Below are positions 34,716-53,919 of a stretch of DNA of 64,000 bases, piece after piece. The notes under the pieces are model-generated. The model ran no database searches. It worked only from the letters and a program-made list of their open reading frames with translations, and had not been told where the DNA came from. A program made the translations under genes and the position numbers. The stretch is taken from the NCBI RefSeq assembly GCF_009914755.1, contig NC_060933.1; one strand, 5' to 3'. The first letter of the stretch is position 1. Every line of letters starts with the position of its first letter. Source of the DNA: the human T2T-CHM13v2.0 reference genome, Homo sapiens.

Positions 34716-35287
34716 TGAAGTTATCTTTCTTGATACTGTCTCTTAGCAGGAGTCTGACACTGGCACTGCTGACATTTGGGCCACATCACTCTTCACTACG
34801 GGGCGTCCCAGGCACTGCAGGACATGCAGCTGCGTCTTTGGCCTCTGTACCCCCATTGCTACCCATTTTGGGGAGAGGATTCCTGTTTCCAAAGTGACCC
34901 AGACACATCTCTGGGCAAGGCAGCTCCTGACCCCTACCCAGGGCCCTTCCTTTGTGCACAGGAGTTGCAGCCCCGCCCCCGCCCCCCTGGGATGACTAAT
35001 GCTGGACAAGGAACAGCCTGTTTATCCAGCTCGACTGTTCTTAATCAAACTTGCCTAAGGCCTCCCAGACAGACCTACAGAATCGTTTCCAGAACGAGGC
35101 CTGGGAGTGAGACGCACACTCCTGGTAACCCCACAAGTGCCCGAGCTTCAGATACACACACAGCTCATTTATACATATCTACACCTCAGGGTTCCCAGCG
35201 ATGTTGCTGCCCCTCCCTCATGGAGCAAACCAGGTAAGGTGGTTTCCAAAAGCGAAAATCCAAATGCTGCCTGGCTTTGGTTGCAAG

Positions 35288-35423
35288 TAATGTCAGGCCA
35301 TAAACCATTCTCAGTGCCCACTGGTTCCCGAGCACTGAGTGTAGAAATCGCCACTTTCTCTTTGCCCCGAGGCCACAGGCACAGCAGAGCAACTGTCTGT
35401 GGTGCCAACAGGTCCAGGACAGC
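35288..35423 (-). ncRNA. SNORA17B: H/ACA box snoRNA SNORA17B (SNORA43/ACA43)
   Basis: GCTGTCCTGGACCTGTTGGCACC...; H box AGAGAA; 3' end ...CCTG-ACA-TTA; recognised sequence. Confidence 0.88.
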
Positions 35424-35925
35424 ATCTGCAGGGCAGCCGCTCACACGCACCCGGCAGGCAGGGAAGGAGGGCAAGCCTCCGCCTCACCTCTTACCTGGAT
35501 CAGGGCTGGTGCTGGTCAGCCTGGTCACTCTGGCCAGTGCTCACACTGGAAGTCCATCACAGGCGAAGTCACCTCCTTCCCGTGTTAAATAACAAGAATG
35601 CTTGGCAAAGAATCAAGAACACAAGCGGCTGCCGTTACTGCTATTAACTGAGACGCCAGCAAACCCTTCCCCAGTCCTGTCCTGCGTGATCCTGACACGG
35701 TGTACGGCATGATCCAGCGCACACCAGACCTGACCGATCCTCACAGGTTCTTAAAACTCACTCATGAAGGCTGCTCCTGGTGAAGGCACCCTCCACCTTC
35801 CCACTATCCCTTCAGACCCCTAGAGGCCAGCCTAGCCCAGCGCGAGGGTTAGAAAGCCCACTCACAGGGCCCACCCTCTCTCCCAGATACCAGCGAAGGA
35901 AAACAGATGCCTGTCCACAAAACAG

Positions 35926-36058
35926 GAGTGTGAGACTATCAAACATTCAAACGTTCACGGGGCAGAACGCTGAGCGTAGACATAGCCTCTCTAATCTCTG
36001 CCACCTAATGACACAGATGTGACACGGCAGCCACAGCTGCAACGCCTCTAGGGGCAGT
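35926..36058 (-). ncRNA. SNORA17A: H/ACA box snoRNA SNORA17A (SNORA17/ACA17)
   Basis: ACTGCCCCTAGAGGCGTTGCAG...; H box AGATTA; 3' end ...TCTC-ACA-CTC; 133 nt; recognised sequence. Confidence 0.9.
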
Positions 36059-36344
36059 GTCCTGTTGAAGACTAAATAATCCGTTTTTACTCCCCTGGAG
36101 ACAGCTTCTAGCCTCAATGTGAACACAAGACCGACTGGTCCCTCCAGTCACTTAAGATGTTGCACAGGAGGGCTTAGTTACATTGGAGGATTGACCCTGT
36201 TCCAGCTCCAATGCACCAACTTACCCAACACCCCACGCACGTGTCATCTCCAGTGAGCAGACGTCCTAGAGAAAAAAAGAAACCGCAATTTTGTATAAAT
36301 CTTGCAAACACCACAGAGGAGCATCACATAAACACTGCGTTTTT

Positions 36345-36703
<359 letters not shown>

Positions 36704-36949
36704 TTACTCTCTCCCCTTACTCTACGCTTAATTTGCGGGAGGGGAAGTTAGAGTTACAACACAGTGGCCACGAAACGCGGGCTGCTGATCCCCTGCAGGT
36801 ATCAAGGGACCAGGACCACGAGGCGGAATGCCCACCAGACAACCGAGCAGTCCTCCTCCCGCCAGAACAGCCTCCCGCTGAGCAGCCACAGTGACAAGGA
36901 AACCACCTGACGCAGCATAAGAAATCAATTTTTCAAAGATGCCGACAAA

Positions 36950-38200
36950 CATCTTCCCACAGCCTGAGCGACTCAGGGAAGCAGCGGCAGGAGCGGAAGG
37001 GTCGTGGGTGAACGGGGTGCCTTTCTCTAAGATCCGAATTCGCGCACTCAGCTCTCACCAGGCTTCCCGAAGCTTCCTGGCTGGAAACCGCGCAGGGCCG
37101 GCAGCGCCCTCTCCACCAAGGGACACACCAGCGGCGCCTCCTCCGCGGCCCGGGCCCCCATCCCGCGGCTCGCGCGGCCAGGACGCCCCAGGTCGGAGCC
37201 TGCCCCCACCCCGCACCCGGAGGCCAGCAGCCCAGTCCCCTAGGCCGCGCAGCGCCAGCGAGAGCGAGGCTGCAGGGCGAGGCCCGGTGAGGCGCTCGAG
37301 AACTGGCCGGGAGGAGAAGTCAGGCGGCCCACCCGCCACGGCAGCCTCCGGCGCACGCAGAGGACGAGAAGGGAAGCGCCGCGCCTTTTATAGCGCGTAC
37401 GGCGGCCCGCAAGAGTCAATCCGCCCCGCCCAAGCAGCGCCCCCCAGCGGTCCCCGGCCGTTCAGCTCCCCGCGCCCGCACGTGGGCGCTGCTCAGTGGC
37501 TGGCGGGCGGGCGTGTGGGTTCGCCACGCAGAGCAGCGGCAGCGCCGTGACCCGTGTCCTGCACCGCGACCGCCCCACGGGGCCAGCAGCCAGGGCCGCG
37601 CCGTTTCCGACCCGCCGGGTGCCGGGCACGCCACGGACACGCGCGGCTCCCCGTTTTCGCGGAGGATTCCCAGGCCGGGTCAGGAGGACGCTCCACGAGC
37701 CCGTGGGTCCCGGTGGTCCCAGCCATTGGGGCGGCTCCCGTGACTGTCGAGCAGCGCCCACCCCGGGCAGCATGGGGCTCCCGCGACGCGCTCCGTCCCT
37801 TCCCCACCAGGGGCTCTGCCGGTGTCGGCCATGGGCGCGGGTACACACCAGGCGCCTAATGAGTGCTGAGGCGGGCGAGGGTCCCGGCAGGCGGGATTAC
37901 CGCGGCCAGGCCTGACTAGCGCCCTGTCTGCGCTGTGTCCTGGGACCTCGGTCACCGCGCAGGGCGGGACACCGAGGCCTCGCGGCCAAGCGACTCGCCG
38001 CGGTCGCCGGGCTGCGAACGGTGGAGCCGCCGGGACTCGGACCAGGACGCGAGCTCCAGAGCAGGGGATGACAGGCCTGAGCCGCAGGGGCCGGGAGGAA
38101 GGCCGCGCTGCTGTCCTGGGGCTGGGCAGCCTCCGCATTGCACAGCGCAGACCGCTCTAGCCTTAGGCCTGGAGGGGACACCAGGAGATGAGGCTTCTGG
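36950..38200 (-). promoter_or_regulatory. SNHG7 CpG-island promoter with TATA box (37386-37392)
   Basis: CpG-dense; ttttata on + strand reads TATAAAA on -; limits approximate. Confidence 0.8.
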
Positions 38201-39521
38201 CTCAGCCTGCTCTCTGCAGCCACAGGCAAAGGCCAGGAAGGCCGGGGTGCGGGAGCTGGCATAGGAGCTGGCTCCAGCTCGGGTACTGGCTTAGAGGGAG
38301 CAGGAGCTGGTGATAAATTCAACTCAAATTTTCATTGCCTTTGCAAAGCCAGAAAACACCCCAGGGCTCCTAAGAAAAGCCCCAGCGCAGGACCCCAGGA
38401 CACTTTGCAACTGGGCTGCAACTGCGCGGTCTGAGGCTCCTCCCTGTGTGGCCCCACCAGCAGGCTGGGTTCTAGCTCTGGTGTTGGGGCTGGAGCTGGC
38501 ACCACAGCAGGCTCCACCTCCAGAGATGGTGCAGGCTCTGTCCTAGCACTGACACGGTTGTTGGAGACAAGCTGGCTCTGCCCCGGGGACCGATGCTCTG
38601 GAGCTGCCTCTAGCTGTGTTGCTGTTGCTAGTCTTTGCCCTGGGAAAAGTGTCAGAGCTGGTCCTAGCTCTGGATATGGTGCTAGAGCTGGTTCTTGATT
38701 GGATTTCGCTCTAGAGCTGGCAGGAACTCTGGCTCTCGTTCTGAAGCTGGTGCAGGTCTGAGATGGCTGTAGCTCTGGAGCTGCCTCTAATTCTGGTTCT
38801 GGTTGTGGAATCAGCCATCGCTTTATATCTGGTGCCAGCTCTGGCTCTGGAGGTGGTGCTGCAGCTGGCCCTTCCTCTGAACCTGGCACTGGCTTGAGGT
38901 CTACACCTGGAACTGGCTGAAACTCTGGAAGTGGTTTTGGAGCCGGTGCCCGAGCAGTCACCGGAGGTGGCACCAGATTTGGTGATAGAGCTGCCTCTGT
39001 TTCTGGAGTAGGTGGTAGAGCTGGTGCGGCAGCTGGAGTGAGATCTGGAGTTGTGCTGGCTGTGGCCATAGTTCTTGAGCTGGTACAGGAACCCGCACTG
39101 GTGTGAGCCGCGGTGCTGAAGCTGGGCCTGTAGCTGATGCTGGCCCTGGCTCTTTTTCTGAACCTGATGCTGATATTTGGCCCTAACCATGCAAATGGTT
39201 TTGGAACTGGTCCTGGCTAGAGGGCGGATGCTGGAGCTATAGTGGAGCCGGCACAGAAGTGACCAGAGCTGCCCCTGTCTCTGGGTGTGCTGCTGGAGCT
39301 GTTGCTGGAGCTGGCTCTGATCCTGGAACTAGCACCCGAGTTGTAGCCGGAGCTGGCTCTACCTTCTGAGCTGGTGCAGGAGTTGGCTGTAGCTCTGTAG
39401 CTAGTGAAAGCTCTAGCTGTGGAGAGAGGGCAAGAGACATCTCCTCCTTCAGAGATACTGAGTCCATTGCACCCGACCCAGCACTTGCTCCATGCTGCGG
39501 GGTAGATCTACCAAGCACTTA
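37897..39521 (-). pseudogene. RALGDS-like pseudogene fragment (Pro/Ala/Glu-rich linker plus N-terminal RasGEF region), multiple frameshifts and stops
   Basis: Translation PSWPLPVAAESRLSQKPHLLVSPPGLRLERSALCNAE resembles RALGDS PSWPSPVVAENGLSEEKPHLLVFPPDLVAEQFTLMDAE (from memory); preceded by ~1.2 kb of PELEPAPA-type repeats switching frame; candidate acceptor tttcag at 39522. Confidence 0.65.
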
Positions 39522-39719
39522 CTGAAACCAGTATGCATAGCCCCGGAGCAGACCATGACCTGCTGAGACCCAGGAGAGGACCTGAGCCCCAGCACCTGAG
39601 AGAGGAGCTACCCCATGACAGTGGGGTACTTAGAAGGTGGAGATGTCACATCCCCTGCCCCAGGTCACATGACAGAGGTCAGAGGGTAGGTAGATGGCAC
39701 TTCTGTGCAGGTCAGCCCA

Positions 39720-42887
<3,168 letters not shown>

Positions 42888-43160
42888 CTACCAGCACCGC
42901 CCGCGGCTGGAAGAGACAGGAAAGAGCCTCCTTCAGTGCCTTCGGAGGAGCGTGACCCTGCAACACCTGGGTCTGGACTTGGAGCCTCTAGAACTGAGAA
43001 TGAGCTTCTGATATCCCCAGTTTGCAGGGCTGGGGCGTGCCAGGACCTCCCACAGCTGGTGGCCGTTCACAGTGCAGGCCTGATCTGGGGCTGCAGACAC
43101 ACTCAGCCTGACCCCACGGTCCACCTGGTTTTCGTCAGCTGGAGGTTGGCCCTTCCTATC

Positions 43161-44163
43161 TGTAGGGTCCAGCCCCACAGGGTCGGTGGGTTTTCCTCCT
43201 CGTGTGTGCAGACGAGAAATTGTAGAAATAAAGACGCGAGACAGATAAAAGAAAAGACAGCTGGGCCCGGGGGATCACTACCACCAAGACGCGGAGACCG
43301 GTAGTGGCCCGAATGCCAGGCTGCGCTGATATCTATTGGATACAAGATAAAGGGGCAGGGTAAAGAGTGTGAGCCATCTCCAATGATAGGTAATGTCACG
43401 TGGGTCATGTGTCCACTGGACGGGGCCCTTCCCTGCTTGGCAGCCGAGGCAGAGAGAGGGAGAGGAGACAGAGAGAGAGACAGCTTACGCCATTATTTCT
43501 GCATATCAGAGACTTTTAGTACTTTCACTAATTGACTACTGCTATCTAGAAGGCAGAGCCAGGTGTACAGGATGGAACATGAAGGCAGACAAGGAGCGTG
43601 ACCACTGAAGCACAGCATCACAGGGAGACGGTTAGGCCTCTGGATAACCACGGGCGGGTCTGACTGATGTCAGGTCCTCCACAGGAGGTGGAGGAGCAGA
43701 GTCTTCTCTAAACTCGCCCGGGGAAAGGGAGACTCCCTTTCCCTGTCTGCTAAGTAGCAGGTGTTTTTCCTTGACACTGATGCTACCGCTAGATCATGGT
43801 CCGCTTGGCAACAGGTGTCTTCCCAGACGCTGGCATCACCGCTAGACCAAGGAGCCTTCTGGTGGCCCTGTCAGGGTGTAACAGAAGGCTCGCACTCTTG
43901 TCTTCTGGTCACTCCTCACTATGTCCCCTCAGCTCCTATCTCTGTATGGCCTGGTTTTTCCTAGGTTGTGATTATAGAGTGAGGATTATTATAATATTGG
44001 AATAAAGAGTAATTGCTATAAACTAATGATTAATGATATTCATATATAATATGTCTATGATCTAGATCTAGTATGACTCTTGTTGTTTGATATATTTTAT
44101 TAAACTGGAACAGCTCGTGCCCTCAGTCTCTTGCATCGGCACCTAGATGGCTTGCCGCCGACA
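43161..44163 (-). mobile_element. Solo LTR13 (HERV-K HML-4), full length ~1.0 kb
   Basis: Minus strand TGTCGGCGGCAAGCCA...GGGCTGGACCCTACA with TG..CA ends; imperfect 6-bp flanks cctatc / cttacc. Confidence 0.85.
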
Positions 44164-44441
44164 CTTACCCAGTTCTTTGAAACTGTTAGGGCTTTTGCTT
44201 AACAGAAAGCAGAAAGATGACTCAGCCATGTGCAGTGAAAAAGCCGTCAGCCCCAATTGGTGACTCTGGGTCTTTAAACACCTTCCATGGGGCCACACAG
44301 GTGCCCAGCCCCATGCCAGAACCTTTGGGAATTGCAGACTCTGACCAAAACTGTGGGGCTCTCGCAAGAGCCTCAGGCCACTCCCTGCTGCCTTTCGTCC
44401 CCAACCTGGACCTCAGAGGCCCAGTGAAGTGACCATTGTAA

Positions 44442-47340
<2,899 letters not shown>

Positions 47341-47344
47341 AAAC

Positions 47345-47745
47345 TACTTTTTTGCACACAGGAGAGCTTTATTTCTCATAAGAGATTGCAGCCAGCAGGG
47401 CAGCCCTTCTGACAGGCTAGGAAGCGTAGCCTCAGGCCAGAAGCCTGGAACAGACACTTGGAGGGGAGGGACAGAGGGGACAGGAATTTACGCTGAAGGA
47501 GATGGCCAAATAGAGATGTTCAATAAGCTTCAGGAGGAGTCATGAATATTCATGAAAGGAGAAGCGTGTACTGGTCCAGCTGAGCAAATTCTCCATGGAC
47601 TGCCCAGAACCAATCTCTGATCTCTTCTCGGGCCAGAAGGAGGGGCTGACCCCTTACCCCGTCATGGCTGAGGACTCGGGTTCAGGGTTTCTTTGGGATC
47701 CCCTTGGCCAGAAGAAGGTCCATTCATTCAGTTGGGGGGTTCATC
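47345..47745 (-). mobile_element. ERV1 (MER4-group-like) LTR
   Basis: Minus strand aaccccccaactgaatgaatggaccttcttctggccaagggg..., atgaatattcatga, AATAAA at 47368-47373; subfamily uncertain. Confidence 0.6.
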
Positions 47746-48107
47746 TCAGACAACCTCCCGTCATCACCCCTTGAGTGAGACCTAAGCCTTCACCGCAGCC
47801 TTCGAGGTGCCGTGGTCTGGTGGGCCCCCTCCTGCTCCTCTGTGGCTCTCCCCGCCGCCATTCTGATACTGGCGTCCCCAATCTCCTTGAGAAACCATTT
47901 TCTCTACTCTGATGTCTTTTCAGAAGTCACATCCTGTTCTGGGGATGCACCCCTGCTCCTCCAGCCCCACCCAAACTGACTTAACACCCACCACCCTTCC
48001 CAGGTCAGCCCAAATGCCACTTCCCCCAGGAAGCTCTCCCTGATGCTGCCCTGGATGGAATGAGTCAGACCTGCTGTTGTGGGGCCCTGGCCGCGCCTAG
48101 ATACACT

Positions 48108-48167
48108 TCTAGGGTCTATACTCGAGTATCCAGGTGATCTAGGGTCTATACTCGAGTATCCAGGTGA
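48108..48167. repeat. Perfect 30-bp tandem duplication
   Basis: tctagggtctatactcgagtatccaggtga x2. Confidence 0.95.
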
Positions 48168-48702
48168 CCACACTGCTGAAGTTGGCTTCTCCTGATCAGG
48201 CATCAACTCTGGGACTGCGTTTGCCGATTCTGTTCCCTAACGCAGCCGCAGGGGCCAGCACGCTGCCTGGCACGTCATGGGGGCTCCTCCATGTTGGGTG
48301 GATATGCGAACGGCTTCCTGAGAAAGTGCAGGATGTAAAGGAACGCGGAGGGTGGCGGCGGCGTGGAGGGCAGAGGCAAGGCACACGGCGAGGACTGCGT
48401 TGGGCCGGCCTGTGGTCTGTTTCACAGCAGACAGGGAATAGCAGCAGCCTGCAGTGTGCTCCAGAAGACAGTGGGGAAGGGGCCTGGCTGACATCTCGCC
48501 ACCCGGTCAGCCTGTATCCTCCTTCCCCCATCTTTCTGTGATCATAAAGGATCCCTTGAGCCACTTGATTTTCACACTGTCAATGACCTAGAGTCACCAA
48601 ACACCTCTCAACAAGCCGTGGTCTCCACTTGACATCTGGAACAACGCTCCTCGGGTCTGGGAGGACCACGCGTCGAAAGGGAAGAGCAGAGGACGCTGGC
48701 TC

Positions 48703-52096
<3,394 letters not shown>

Positions 52097-53839
52097 TCAG
52101 CCGCCAAGGCCAGTGTTTAAACCTCTCTGGAGCCGCCAGCCTGTGTCGGGAGAGGAGGGAGGGGAGGGAGCGGAGGGAGGCAACAGGTGTGGCCTTGGGC
52201 TCTGCTACCCTCTCCCCGCCCAGGGACCACCCCCAGACACTCCAGGGAAGCCGGCACTGCCCCACCTGGTGGTCACTGCTGGCCTGGGCTGCCCTGGCAG
52301 ACAGAGGCCCCTCTGAGGCCCCAGGACCCTCCTGCCCTCAGTGCCCGGCCTGGGGTCACTGTGTGTGCCCCTGAGACTCATTAAGCCCTGGCCCTCATCC
52401 TAGACCTCCCAGGTGACAGGCAAAGGGCTGGTCGTGGCCCTTCTGGGGCAGATGTGGACATGGTGAGCTCTGCGCGGCAGCCACACACACAGCCCCCACC
52501 ACCTTCTTGAGGGCCTGGCACCAAGCACCTGAGCAGGTGCCGAAGGGCGGGCCGGGGCTGTGTGCCCGTGCCCATGAATGTGTGTGTGTGCATGTGTGGG
52601 TGTGTGCTCACATGTGCATGCGTGTGCATGCCCAGCCTTGCAGGTCAAGGCATCTGTGTGCACCTCGCCTCACTCCAGCATGAGCCTCACACAGTCCCCA
52701 GCCCCCCATCCAGCCCCGAGACCCCCATGGCCTGTGCTTCTCCCAGGACGGCAGGCAGCGCAGCCCCCCACACCCATCAGAACACAGGAGGACCTGCAGG
52801 CTCAGGTGTCTGGGGTCCCTGCCCCTGCCCAGGCAAGAGACACAACCCCAGCCCAGAGAAGCCTGAGCCTGGGGAGTCAGGGGCTGCTCTGAGCCCCACC
52901 AGCCACCTCTCTCTTGTCCTGGGCAGTCCTTGGAGCCTCTGGCACCCCAGCTGCGGTCCTGGTGGAGCTCACTGCTGGCTTCCTCCCAGGCTGTGTCCTC
53001 TGACCAGCCCCCGCCTCTGAGCCCGGGCCTGAGTTTGGGTGTCTGAAGACCCAGAGGGGCTCTGGCAAGGGACTGGGTTGGGCACGCGTCTTCTTTGCAG
53101 CTGGCTCTATGGTTCTGTGGCTTGGCCCTTGGTGACGACCCCCGCCATCCTCCCCGCAATTCCCCGGCTGGCCCCCAGTCAAAAGCATCCTTGGTTTGCT
53201 GTGGAATCGCTTTATTCTGAGCTGGTGCTGGGCCCCGGGAGCCGCTGAGCGAGGTGGGTGGACACTGGCCGAGGTCACAGGACCCTGTGGGCGCCATCCC
53301 TACTGGGGACGCAGCACTCACTGAAAACCAAGAGGAGTGTGAGGGGGCCCAGCCCACCATGGAGGCTCCTCCACACCCTCAGCTGCCTTAGAGACAGTGG
53401 AGCCATGAACCCCGTGGGCTTGGGCAGAGGGTCCTCCCACCCACTGTGCGTAGGGTGGCCTCCCCCACCCCCTTCCCCCAAGAGAGCCCAGGGTGAGGCT
53501 CAGGATGGCGGCTTACCAGAAGGATCTTGTGAGCACAGGTGACTAGAAGGGGAGGCAAGACTGGCTGTGAAAAAGGACTGAGCCCCCCAGCACCCCAGGG
53601 CCCCACCCACAAGACTCGCCTGCCGTGGGGACAAGACCCCCAGGCCTGACTTTGGGCAGGGGCAGGTGAAGACCCCCTCAGCCTGCCTGACTCCTTCAGG
53701 GCGACTGAGTCAGGCAGAAGCCAGAATCAACCCCAGGGTCTCTGTCACCCCATCACGCCCTGTGGGCTCCAGAACTTGCCCCAAGCCTCCCCCGAGGCTG
53801 CTCCGGTGGACACTCACGGTCCTTCTGCAGCTGGGCCTG

Positions 53840-53919
53840 CTACTGTGACAGGAAGCCCAGGCTCCTGCTCCACTTGGTGAAGAGCCCCATGGCCTCCTGG
53901 CTGGCTGTCTCCGTCAGAC
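53840..53919 (-). CDS. LCN6: LCN6 exon 5 coding part
   Basis: ccccag|GT CTG ACG...SLGFLSQ TAG. Confidence 0.93.
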
